From assembly GCF_006345805.1 (NCBI RefSeq), contig NW_021833036.1:1-64000 (forward strand): 64,000 bases of DNA, given 5' to 3'. The position numbers and the translations under genes were made by a program. The DNA comes from Octopus sinensis. Taxonomy: Eukaryota. Positions within the stretch are counted from its first letter, which is position 1, and each line of letters starts with the position of its first letter. The notes under the pieces were generated by a model, which was not told the DNA's origin, ran no database searches, and saw only the letters and a list, made by a program, of their open reading frames with translations. Below, in pieces: positions 48,774-60,834 of this stretch.

Positions 48774-48821
48774 CTGCAACAAGAACAACAGAAAGGGAAT
48801 GAAAAAAATCACTACATACAT

Positions 48822-49180
48822 AGGCGCAGGAGTGACTGTGTGGTAAGTAGCTTGCTAACCAACCACATGGTTCCGGGTTCAGTCCCACTGCATGGCATCT
48901 TGGGCAAGTGTCTTCTGCTATATATATGTATATATATATATGTGTGTGTGTGTGTATGTGTGTGTGTTTGTGTGTCTGTGTTTGTCCCCCTAGCATTGCT
49001 TGACAACCGATGCTGGTGTGTTTACATCCCCCGTCACTTAGCGGTTCGGCAAAGGAGACCGATAGAATAAGTACTGGGCTTACAAAGAATAAGTCCCGGG
49101 GTCGATTTGCTCGACTAAAAGGGCGGTGCTCCAGCATGGCCGCAGTCAAATGACTGAAACAAGTAAAAGAGTAAAAGAGT
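48822..49180 (+). mobile_element. SINE family A
   Basis: Head and tail intact, with an internal deletion. Confidence 0.85.
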
Positions 49181-49369
49181 ATACATCAGGGGAGGGGGGG
49201 TGACAATTACAGGGTATAACAAAATTTTTAGTTCTTTTGGTTTTTTTGGGGAGTTTTTTTTGTTCATTTTGTTTGTTGTCTTTGGTCAGCGAGTGTTGTT
49301 TCCTAGTTGCTTTCTATCTAGAAGAGATGGCAGTTATGGAGCCATTGCAGACTTCCAATCTAATGGACA

Positions 49370-49600
49370 TATATATATATATACACACAGACACACATAT
49401 ATACGCATATACATACACACACACATATATATATATATATATCCACACACACATATACATATATATATATACACATATATATAGATACACACACACATAT
49501 ATATATATACACATATATATATATATATACAAACACACACACATATATATATATATATACAAACACACACACACACACATATATATATAAATACAAACAC

Positions 49601-49650
<50 letters not shown>

Positions 49651-49662
49651 CACACACACATA
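49370..49662. repeat. Compound (TA)n/(CA)n microsatellite
   Basis: Directly visible. Confidence 0.95.
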
Positions 49663-49945
49663 TATGGCCCAGTGGTTACAACAGCGAAATCGCGGTTTCA
49701 ATTCCCAGACCGGGCGTTGTGAGTGTTTATTGAGCGAAAACACCTAAAAGCTTCACGTGGCTCTGGCAGGGGGTGGTGGTGATCCCTACTGTACTCTTTC
49801 GCCACAACTTTCTCTCACTCTTTCTTCTGTTGGCCTGCTCGCTTAGCCAGCGGGGTGGCGTCGTTTGAAGGCTAAAAAAACAATGCGAAGCGCATTGTGA
49901 CCAGCGATGTGTAACAACATCTGATAGCCTAGTCAGTCACGATGA
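49663..49945 (+). mobile_element. SINE family D head with a third type of tail
   Basis: Identity to family D stops after ttctctcactctt; then tggcctgctcgcttagccagcgggg... Confidence 0.65.
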
Positions 49946-49999
49946 TCACAGTGATATATATATATACACACACACACCAAATCTACTCGCAAGGCTGTG

Positions 50000-50655
50000 G
50001 GTCAGCCAGGGGCAATAGCTGAAGCCACTTGTCCAAGATGCCATAATGTTCATCCTTCGGGTTCGAAGATGACCATTGACATCATTTGGTGGAATTGCTG
50101 CTATGAGACCGGAGGTGGCTGGTGAGGCCAATCCGGGCAAGAAAGCCCCTCCCACAGGTGGGGCAGAAGTGGGTAGGGGCCGTGCTACTGGTGCAGGTGG
50201 CTCTGGCTTTCCGCATCTGGCGTTTCTGTTCTGCTGACTGAATCCGTCTCTCCTCGGCTGTCTTTGCTCCTGTGGTGATTGCGCTGCGCCAGGATGAACG
50301 GTCGGCAGCAAGTGTCTCCCAAGTCTCTGTGCCGATGGAGAAGTCTTTGAGAGAGACTTTGAGACTGTCCTTGAAGCGCTTCTTCTGCCCTCCGACATTG
50401 CGTTTGCCCTGGCTGAGTTCACCGTAGAAGAGCTGTTTTGGGATGCGAGTGTCAGACATGTGGGAGACGTGGCCTGCCCATCTCAGCTGGGCCTTGCGCA
50501 TGATCGTGATGGTGCTAGGGAGATCTGCCTGCTTCAGAACCTCCATGTCTGGGACTTTGTCCTGCCAGCGGATGTGAAGGAGGTTCCGAAGACACCTGAG
50601 GTGGAAGTGGTTTATCTGGCGCTCGTGCCTTCGGTAAGCAGTCCACGAGCGCCAG
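50000..50655 (-). mobile_element. RTE (BovB-like) LINE C-terminus with C2H2 finger
   Basis: FHLRCLRNLLHIRWQDKVP...LRWAGHV..MSDTRIPKQLFYGEL...CPTCGRGFLARIGLTSHLRSH. Confidence 0.9.
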
Positions 50656-51370
50656 ATAAACCAAGATGCCATACAGTGGGATTGAACCTCAAACCTTGAC
50701 CATATACCCTAGGGTGCACCTTTGAAGTTAATGAAATGGAACCCACAAACCAAAGTAGTCAAAGTTTTGTTTTGTTTCTTTTTTTCTTTTCTTTTCTTTT
50801 TTGTGTTTTCTTTTTTTCTTATAATAGTTTTTTTCTTTTTTTCTTTTCTTTTTTTTTATAATAGTTTTTCTTTGTTTTTTCTCGAAGTTTTTCTTTGTTT
50901 TTTAAGATATGAAGTTGTAGTTTGAGGCACAGACTTAAAATCTGACCGACTCAGTTTAGTGTCTGACTGAAAGTTGTTTTGTTCAGAGTGAATAACAACA
51001 AAGAAATCTTGTCCTGCTGCTACTGTTTAGATACGGTTGCTTTGTGTTGGTCAAAGAATTTCTATAATAGAATTTCTATAATAGGCTATAATAGAAGAAA
51101 CTTGCCCAAGGTGCCACACAGTGGGGCTGAACCCGGAACCATGTGTTCGTAAGCAAGCTACTTACCACACAGCCACTACTACATGCTTAGCGATATTTCG
51201 TTTGTCATTACGTTCTGAGTTCAAATTCCACCGAGGTTGAATTTTCCTTTCATCCTTTCGAGGTCGATAAATAAAGTACTAGTTACGTACTGGGGTCGAT
51301 GTAATCGACTTAATCCCTTTGTCTGTCCTTGTTTGTCCCCTCTATGTTTAGCCCCGTGTGGGCAATAAAG

Positions 51371-51406
<36 letters not shown>

Positions 51407-51419
51407 AATATATACACAT

Positions 51420-51640
51420 TCAAAATGTGACTGCGAGTGTACCGTTGGCGATTTTTTTTCCTCTGTTTTCCCTTCTCTGGATCTTTCCTTCTCCTATGTT
51501 TCCAACGAAGAGCTCCACTCGAAACGTTAAACCCTCCTTCTTCCCTTCCTTCCTGAGCGTCCAATAACACTATATTTGTTCCACGTCCTCGCGTTGTTGT
51601 GTTTTTTTGTGCTTTCATGTTTGGATTAACTTTATATATG
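51420..51640 (+). mobile_element. Penelope-like terminal repeat fragment with a degenerate hammerhead core
   Basis: gttt-ccaacga-agagctccactc-gaaacgt-t-aaac at 51498-51532. Confidence 0.5.
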
Positions 51641-51903
51641 TAGACACGGGCATGGCTGTGTGGTTAGGGAGCTTGCTTCTTAGCTACATGGTTTCGGGTT
51701 CAGTCCCACTGCGTGGCACTTTGGGTACGTGTCTTCCACTATAGCCCCGAGCTGACCGGAGCTTTGTGATTGAATTTGGTAGGTGGAAGTTACTGCCATG
51801 TGTGTATATGTGCGTGTAGGTGCTTGTGCCTCTCCGAAAGAGAGAGAGGGGGATATATATATATATATATATATATGTGCCTCTCCGAAAGAGAGAGAGG
51901 GGG

Positions 51904-51949
<46 letters not shown>

Positions 51950-52812
51950 AGCTTCTTTCAGTTTCTGTCAACGAAATCTACTCATAAGGCCAGGGTTATA
52001 GTAGTAGACACTTGCACAAGAGGCAACAAAATGGGACTGAACCTGAAGCAGTGTGGTTGGGAAGCAAACTTGTTACCACACAGCTACCATGCTCGTACCT
52101 CTATTTCATAAGTTAACGGCTGATGAACACCGTATCTGTGTAAATGATTCACTTACACCATTCAGAGGCAAGTGGGCCACACGACAACTTGGTAACAGCA
52201 CAACTAGACGACAACCAGTTGAACCGCCTGACACACAAACCTACTGGGTCACTAAGATTTAGTCAACAACAGGTATAATTGTTCTTGTTTTACTCAAAGC
52301 CAGGACTGGAATACTAATCTAGATATGTGATGTGTCAGTTTTTTTCTTTTTTTTTGGGGGGGGGAATAAGAAAAAGGAAATAAGAGTACCTACCCACAGA
52401 CAAAAATCGTGTTACACAGTGTTATAGGATTGCTCGAAGACTGATCATCATCATCATTTAGCATCCGTTCTCCATGCTAGCATGGGTTGGACGGTTCAAC
52501 TGGGGTCTGTGAAGCTGGAAGGCTCCATCAGGCCCAGTCAGATCTGGCAGTGTTTCTACGGCTGGATGCCCTTCCTAACGCCAACCACTCCGTGAGTGTA
52601 GTGGGTGCTTTTTACGTGCCACCCGCACAGGTGCCAGACAGAGCTGGCAAATGGCCACGAACGGATGGTGCTTTTACGTATCACCGGCACGGGGGCCAGG
52701 CGAGGTTGGCAACGGACACGAACGGATGGTGCTTTTACATACCACCGACACGGGGGCCAGACAGGGCTGGCAAACGGCCATGATGACCTCGGATTAAATG
52801 AAAACTACTTAC

Positions 52813-52887
52813 CTGGTATGTCCAAAAGGAAAGGGCCCTTGAACATATTTCCATGATAACTTCTGGTTTTTGACCAGCAAGGACCAT
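52813..52887 (-). CDS. CCNB1IP1: HEI10/CCNB1IP1 coding exon
   Basis: ttttatttag|ATG...CAG|gtaagt; 75 nt, phase 0/0. MVLAGQKPEVIMEICSRALSFWTYQ matches recalled human MVLAGLRPEIVLDISSRALAFWTYQ. Confidence 0.92.
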
Positions 52888-52967
52888 CTAAATAAAAACA
52901 AAGGAACATAGGAAAATAAAAACATAGAAAATAAAAACAAAGAAATAAAAACATAGAAACAAGAACA

Positions 52968-53385
52968 ACCGCAGGAGTGGCTGTGTGGTAAGTAGCTTGT
53001 TTACCAACCACATGGTTCCAGGTTCAGTCCCACTGCGTGGCACCTTGGGCAAGTGTCTTCTACTATAGCCTCGGGCCAACCAAAGCCTTGTGAGTGGATT
53101 TGGTAGACGGAAACTGAAAGAAGCCCGTCGTATATATATGTATATATATATATATATATATATGCGTGTTTGTGTGTCTGTGTTTGTCCCCCCAACATTG
53201 CTTGACAACCGATGCTGGTGTGTTTATGTCCCCGTTACTTAGCGGTTCGGCAAAAGAGACCGATAGAATAAATACTGGGCTTACAAAAGAATAAGTCCTG
53301 GGGTCGAGTTGCTCGATTAAAAGTGGTGCTCCAGCATGGCCGCAGTCAAATGACTGAAACAAGTATAAGAGTATAAGAGTATAAT
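52968..53385 (+). mobile_element. SINE family A
   Basis: Full copy. Confidence 0.88.
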
Positions 53386-53727
53386 TACTTGAGAAGGGAT
53401 TTCAGAGACAGAAACTGAAAGGCATCTGTTTTTACCTTTTACCTGTTTCAGTTATGTGGTCATGCTGGGGCACCAGCTTAAAGAATTTTTAGCCAAATGA
53501 ATCAATTGTTTAATTCTATTTTGCTGAACCACTAAGTCACAGACATAAATGCACACCAACATAAGTTGTCAAGTGGTGGTAGAGGCCAAGCAGACACACA
53601 CATACACACACACGTGTCAGGCTTCTTTCAGTTTCCGCCTACCAAATCCCTTCACAAAACTTTGGTCAGCTCCCTTCTGCCCCACTCCTGATCCCCTGTT
53701 TGTGTCCCCTCTTATGCTCACCTTATA

Positions 53728-54930
53728 CCTATTTCTTTACTACCCACAAGGGGCTAAACACAGAGAAGACAAACAAGGACAGACAAACGGATTAAATCGA
53801 TTATATCGACCCCAGTGCATAACTGGTACTTATTTAATTGACCCCGAAAGGATGAAACGCAAAGTTGACCTCAGCAGAATTTGAACTCAGAACGTAGCGG
53901 CAGACGAAATACCTATTTCTTTACTACCCACAAGGGGCTAAACACAGACAAGACAAATGGATTAAGTCGATTATATCGACCCCAGTGCATAACTGGTACT
54001 TACTTAATCGACCCCGAAAGGATGAAATGCAAAGTTGACCTCAGCAGAATTTGAACTCAGAACGTAGCGGCAGACGATATATCTATTTCTTTACTCCCCA
54101 CAAGGGGCTAAACATAGAGGGGACAAACAAGGACAGCAGACAAACGGATTAAGTCGATTATATCGACCCCAGTGCGTAACTGGTACTTATTTAATCGACC
54201 CCAAAAGGATGAAAGGCAAAGTCGACCTCGGCGGAATTTGAACTCAGAACGTAACGGCAGACGAAATACAGCTACGCATTTCGCCCAGCATGCTAACGTT
54301 TCTGCCAGCTCACCTAATTTTTGAGGGTTTATTCTGGTACCCTATCACCATTATCTTTATCTTCTTCTCAAAAGATCCCATCCACCCTTATATAATGGAG
54401 TGTAGCTATGTATCCCCTCTACAGCAAGATACCTGCACTTCACCCCCCACCACACCCCCAGCAGCTAGCATAAATCCACCTCCCCATCCCTAATACTCTC
54501 ACACCCCTATTTATATTTCTTTACTACCCACAAGGGGCTAAACACCGAGGGGACAAACAAGGACAGACAAACGGATTAAGTCGATTATATCGACCCCAGT
54601 GCATAACTGGTACTTATTTAATCGACCCCAAAAGGATGAAAGGCAAAGTCGACCTCGGCGGAATTTGAACTCAGAACGTAACGGCAGACGAAATACCTGT
54701 TTCTTTACTGCCCACAAGGGGCTAAATACAGAGGGGACAAACAAGGACAGACAAACGGATTAAGTCGATTAGATCGACCTCAGTACGCAACTGGTACTTA
54801 ATTTATCGACCCTGAAAGGATGAAAGGCAAAGTCGACCTCGGCGGAATTTGAACCCAGAACGTAACGGCAGACGAAATACAGCTACGCATTTCGCCCGGC
54901 ATGCTAACGTTTCTGCCATCTTGCCGCCTT
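53728..54930 (-). mobile_element. Two SINE-B multimers (about 53728-54312 and 54515-54930)
   Basis: Tandem core-tail units joined at aagaaata-ggtatttcgtc. Confidence 0.85.
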
Positions 54931-55747
54931 TCACACCCCTATTTAGTCATGGGGACTTTTAGCTCTGTTTGCTGCCCTTTTTTCTGCCTTGCAGATTATT
55001 TGCTGACCTCGTCAGTACCATAGGTATGCTAAAAACACCCAGTAAACACTGCAAGATGGTTGGCATTAGGAAGGACACCCACCCATAGAAACCATCCTAA
55101 AGCTGACGCTCAAAATTAGTACAGTTTGGCAGCTTCGCTGGATCCTACAACACATGACAACATGGATCCTACAACCCATGACAACATGGAAAACATCATC
55201 ATCATCATCATCGTTTAGCGTCCGCTTTCCATGCCGGCATGGGTTGGACGGTGCAACTGGGGTCTGGGAAGCCAGAAGGCTGTACCAGGCCCAGTCTGAT
55301 CTGGCAATGTTTCTACGGTTAGATGCCCTTCCTAACACCAACCACGTGAGTGTAGTGGGTGCTTTTTACGTGCCACAGGCATGGAGGCCAGGCTAGGCTG
55401 GCAATGGCCACAATCGGATGGTGCCACTGGCGCGGAGGCCAGGCCAGGCTGGCAAACGGCCACAATCGGATGGTGCTTTCGGTGCACAATCGGCACGGAA
55501 GCCAGTCGGGGCGGCGCTAGCAACAGCCGCCACCGGCACTGGTAACACAGCTACAATTTCCATTGATGTTGATCGATTAATGATGAAATGCCTTGCTCAA
55601 GAACACAACATGCTGCCCACCTTAAAAATGGAACCCACAACAGTGAGATTGTAAACCCAACACCTTAACCACAAGATCAGATACAATAAAAAAAAAAAAA
55701 AAAAGAACTGTGTGTTAGAATAAGTTCTCAAAGAAATAAATACTTAC

Positions 55748-55818
55748 AGACTTATATTGGTCTGAAGGTTGAAGGTCAATTCTAATAATATCAAAAGTTC
55801 CAGAAAGACTGCTTTCAC
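55748..55818 (-). CDS. CCNB1IP1: HEI10/CCNB1IP1 coding exon (first in window)
   Basis: taaaag|GT...TCT|gtaagt; 71 nt, phase 1/0. (C)ESSLSGTFDIIRIDLQPSDQYKS matches recalled human CNSTLSGKLDIVRTELSPSEEYKA. Confidence 0.88.
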
Positions 55819-56145
55819 CTTTTAATTAATTAAAACAGAGATGTTAATTTCAAATCCTTTTCTAATAGGGGTGGGGTAAACAAACAAGGGACAAGCACAC
55901 ACATCTCCATATAAGAAAAATGAGATGACAAAGGAAGAAACGATTATCTTATGAACTTCATTACCTTACAGCCGTTTCGGCTATAGGATGCAGTGTACTT
56001 ATAGTTGAATGCCTGAGTAACACTTTATAGCTTCATCAGAGCCTAAAATATGCAGCGCAACTTATTTGGGAAAAGAATTACATTTATGAATATTTATAAG
56101 GAAACATAGTCTCACAATGCCCAAGTGAATCATTTACTCACACAA

Positions 56146-56176
<31 letters not shown>

Positions 56177-56880
56177 GTGGACTTCTCCAGTATTTCTGTC
56201 TAACAAATAAACTCACAAGGTATGTGTCAGTCCAGGGTTATAGTAAAAGCAAAGACATTTGAACAGCATTTACAGGCTCCTGGGTAAGTCAATGCTATGG
56301 GCCCTACAGTATTTATTTACTGAACCTCATCATCATCATCATCATCGTTTAACGTCCGCTTTCCATGCTAGCATGAGTTAGACGATTTTGACTGAGGGCT
56401 GGCGAACCAGATGGCTGCACCAGGCTCCAATCTTGATCTGGCAGAGTTTCTACAGCTGGATGCCCTTCCTGACGCCAACCACTCTGAAGGTGTAGCGGAT
56501 GCTTTTACCTGCCACCAGCACAGGGGCCAGTCAGGCGGTACTGGCAATGACCTCGCACAAATCTTTTTACACATGCCGCTGGCACAGGTGCCAGTAAGGC
56601 AATGTAGGTAACGATCACACTCGAATAGTGCCTTTTACGTGCCACCGGCACGAACACCAGTTAGCTGCTATGACAACGATCATGCTTGGATGGTACTCTT
56701 GGCACCCTACTAGCACGGGCATAAGTGCCAGTAAGGCGACGCTGGTAACGACCACACTCGAATGGTGCCTTTTATGTCCCACTGGCACGGAAGCTGGTTA
56801 GCTGCTCTGTCAATGATCACACACGTATGGTGCTCTTTGCACCCCGCTAGCACGGATGCCAGTCATCAAATTTGATTTTG

Positions 56881-56915
<35 letters not shown>

Positions 56916-56916
56916 A

Positions 56917-57081
56917 CTTTATTTAAAAGCAGCAGAAATTAAACAAAACCTGTTACTCGGAGTTTCACGTTCCCGTTCATCGGACAGTTTCGTTAAAATT
57001 TTAACAAAACTGTCCGACAAACGGGAAACGGGAAACTCCGAGTAACAGGTTTTGTTGAATTTCTCCTGCTTTTAAATAAAG
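56917..57081. repeat. Inverted repeat (about 82-bp arms, no spacer), Penelope pLTR-like
   Basis: Centre gttaaaa|ttttaac at 56998/56999. Confidence 0.85.
56950..56987 (-). ncRNA. Minimal type-I hammerhead ribozyme-like motif (U4C variant)
   Basis: CUGU-CCGAUGA-ACG(GGAA)CGU-GAA-ACU(CCG)AGU-A-ACAG; stems I, II and III all pair. Confidence 0.6.
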
Positions 57082-57365
57082 CATATTACTCTACCCCTGG
57101 TATTTGAGTACTCTTTTTTCCACCTTGTTTCACATTTATGTGTTTACTCCGGTATACTCTTTACTCTTTTACTTGTTTCAGTCATTTGACTGCGGCCATG
57201 CTGGAGCACCGCCTTTAATCGAGCAACTCAACCCCGGGACTTATTCTTTTGTAAGCCCAGTACTTATTCTATCGGCCTCTTTTGCTGAATCGCTAAGTAA
57301 CGGGGACATAAACACACCGGCATTGGTTGTCAAGCAATGCTAGGGGGATAAACACAGACACACAA

Positions 57366-57410
<45 letters not shown>

Positions 57411-57421
57411 GATATATATAT

Positions 57422-57455
<34 letters not shown>

Positions 57456-57933
57456 CGTAAAAAGCACTATCCGACTCGTGGCCGATGCCAGCGCCGCCTC
57501 GATTGGCTTCCGTGCCGATGGCACGTAAAATACACCAATCCGACCGTGGCCGTTGCTAGCCTTGCCTGGCACCTGTGCAGGTGGCACGTAAAAAGCACCC
57601 ACTCCATTCACGGAGTGGTTGGCGTTAGGAAGGGCATCCAGCTGTAGAAACATTGCCAGATAAGACTGGAGCCTGGTGCAGCCTTCTGGCTTCCCAGATC
57701 CCGATCGAACCGTCCAACCCATGCTAGCATGGAAAGCGGACGTTAAACGATGATGATGATGATACATATATACGACGGGCTTCTTTCAGTTTCCGTCTAC
57801 AAAATCTACTCACAAGGCTTTGGTCGGCCCGAGGCTATAGTAGAAGACACTTGCCCAAGGTGCCACGCAGTGGGACTGAACCCGGAACCATGTGGTTGGT
57901 AAACAAGCTACTTACCACACAGCCACTCCTGCG

Positions 57934-58030
<97 letters not shown>

Positions 58031-58477
58031 ATAATGTGTATGTGTCTTTGTTTGTCTCCCACCCACCGTTTGACAATTGGTGTTGATGTGTTTAGATATC
58101 CATAACACAGCAGTTCGGCAGGAGAGATTAACAGAATAAGCGCCAGGCTTATTCCGAGCAAACCGAAACAAGAGAAAAGATTTCTATGGAAAGGAAGTCA
58201 CTTTTCAAATTCTGTTGTTTTCATAGATCATGTAACCAAACTACATAGGATCATCATCATCATCATCAGTCATGACCTCATGGTGACCATCCCCCTCCAC
58301 TTCCATTCCACACCAGCTGACCCAGTTTTCTTTACGACAGCCACAGCATTAACCAGATGACAAATCACTGCAGAATGTGTTATCAACTTACATCTCCTTC
58401 ACCTCTCCTACCTCTAAAGGTCATGGTCGGTCAACCGACTAGAAATACCAGCCAAATCACCCCTCATCTAATGTCAC

Positions 58478-58845
58478 GAGCTGGCAGAAACGTCAGCACA
58501 CTGGGCAAAATACGTAGCGGTATTTCGTCCGTCGTTCCGAGTTCAAATTCTGCCAAGGTCGACTTTGCCTTTCATCCTTTCGGGGTCGATAAATTAAGTA
58601 CCAGTTACGCACTGGGGTCGATGTAATCGACTTAATCTCTTTGTCTGTCCTTGTTTGTCCCCTCTGTGTTTAGCCCCTTGTGGGTAGTAAAGAAATAGGT
58701 ATTTCGTCTGCCGTTACGTTCTGAGTTCAAATTCTGTCGAGGTCGACTTTGCCTTTCATCCTTTCGGGGTCGATAAATTAAGTACCAGTTACGCACTGGG
58801 GTCGATGTAATCTGTGTTTAGCCCCTTCTGGGTAGTAAAGAAATA
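58478..58845 (+). mobile_element. SINE family B dimer
   Basis: One head and two core-tail units. Confidence 0.85.
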
Positions 58846-59364
58846 TATTATCTTTTCATCTTTTACTTGTTTCAGTCATTGGACTGCAGCCATTATAGCT
58901 TTCACCCATTATAGCTTTCAAAATATAACTTAAAATCAAACTGCACTCTTCGAAACTTGCACCAAGATAAAAATTACTACCTGCTTTTATAGCAAGTTGA
59001 TGCAAGTAGTTTAGCCTCTACACTCGTCTCCTTATGAGAGCTCGAAATCTCTCATGGAAGCGCCATCCAACCAAAATGCAAATATATGGGAAACTACCAC
59101 CTGTGTCATCTCTTGTGAAAGGTAGAAGAGTCCAGTTTGCTGGACATTGTTGTAGAGCTGAAGGCGAGGCAATTTCTACTCTTATCCTCTGGAAGCCATC
59201 TGCTCGTGATACCAGAGGGCGCACACTCTCCTACCCTGATGTAATATCCAGGGATACAGGCATCCAGCAACAGGACCTCCGTAATGCTATGATGGACCGT
59301 GAAGTCTGGCCAAGCATGGTAAATTCCATTGTCTCGACCACGGTCGAACAATGATGATGATGCA

Positions 59365-59570
59365 GCCTTGATTTCTGAAGTTACGTTCAGGTTGGAGGAC
59401 CAAGCTGGGGTCTTCTACAAAAACGGTCTCCAGAGCTGCATCAAACAATGGGAGAAATGCATAACTCTGGGTGGTTCCTATGTAGAAAAAGACTAATAAC
59501 TGTGCCAAGTTTCGTTGCTCTACTGCTATGGGAAGTGGGTCAGGGGCATTACTTATTGAACGCCCCTCGT
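59365..59570 (+). mobile_element. mariner 3' end with TIR
   Basis: FYKNGLQSCIKQWEKCITLGGSYVEKD*, then ttacttattgaacgcccctcg-TA. Confidence 0.8.
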
Positions 59571-60803
59571 ATATATATATATATATATACTTTATTTGTT
59601 GCTCCTCCCCATGCAACTTGTAGTTCATACAATTGAAAAAATACCGCATTCATCATCATCATCATCCTCGTTTAACGTCCGTTTTCCATGCTAGCATGGG
59701 TTGGACGGTTTGACCGGGGTCTGGGAAGCCAGAAGGCTGTACCAGGCTCCAGTCTGATCTGGCAGAGTTTCTACAGCTGGATGCCCTTCCTAACGCCAAC
59801 CACTCCGAGAGTGTAGTGGGTGCTTTTTATGTGCCACCTGCACAGGTGCCAGGGGTGGCTGGCAAATGGCCACAATCGGTTGGTGCTTTTTATGTGTCAC
59901 CGGCACGGACGCCAGTCAGGTGGCGCTGGCATCTATCACATTCAGATGGTGCTTTTTACGTGCCACCGGCACGGAATCCAGTCAAGGCAGCGCTGGCATC
60001 AGCCACATTCGGATGGTAATAATAATAATGGTTTCAAATTTTGCACAAGGTGAGCAGTTTCTGGAGAGGGGTTAAATTGATTATATCAACCCCATTGCCC
60101 AGCTGGTACTTTATCAACCAAAAGGATGAACAACGATGTCGACCTCAGCAGGATTTGAACTCAGAACATAAAGATGAATGAAATGCTACCAAGCATTTTG
60201 TCTCACCTGTTAATGATTCTGCCAGCTCGTTACCTATCATCATCGTTACCTTATCATTAACGCCCGCTTTCCATGCTAGCATGGGTTGGACAATTTGACT
60301 GAGGACTGGCGAACCAGATGGCTGCAACCAGGCTCCAATCTGATCTGGCAGTGTTTCTACAGCTGGATGCCCTTCCTAACGCCAACCACTCCATGAGTGT
60401 AATGGGTACTTTTATATGCCAGTGGCACGGGTGCCATTTGCATGACACCGGAATGTGTTTACGTACCCCCGGCATGGGTGCCAATTAGTGTGACACCAGT
60501 ATCTGCCACAATTGCGATTTTGCTTGGCTTGATGGGTCTTCCTCTGAAACACAACATAATACCAAAGCTCTTGGTCATAGCCTCAATGAGGCCCAATACT
60601 CATTTATATATATATATATATCATCATCATCATCATCATCTAATGTCTGCTTTCCATGCTGGCATGTGTTGGACGATTTGACTGAGGATTGGCGAACCAG
60701 ATGGCTGCACCAGGCTCCAATCTTGATCTGGCAGAGTTTCTACAGCTGGATGCCCTTCCTAATGCCAACCGCTCTGAGAATGTAGTGGATGCTTTTTACG
60801 TGC

Positions 60804-60834
<31 letters not shown>

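Noticed and set aside
52885-52887. ATG at the start of the MVLAG exon as the HEI10 start codon
   Set aside because: It directly follows an acceptor AG and is internal in homologues; an upstream exon exists at 55748-55818.
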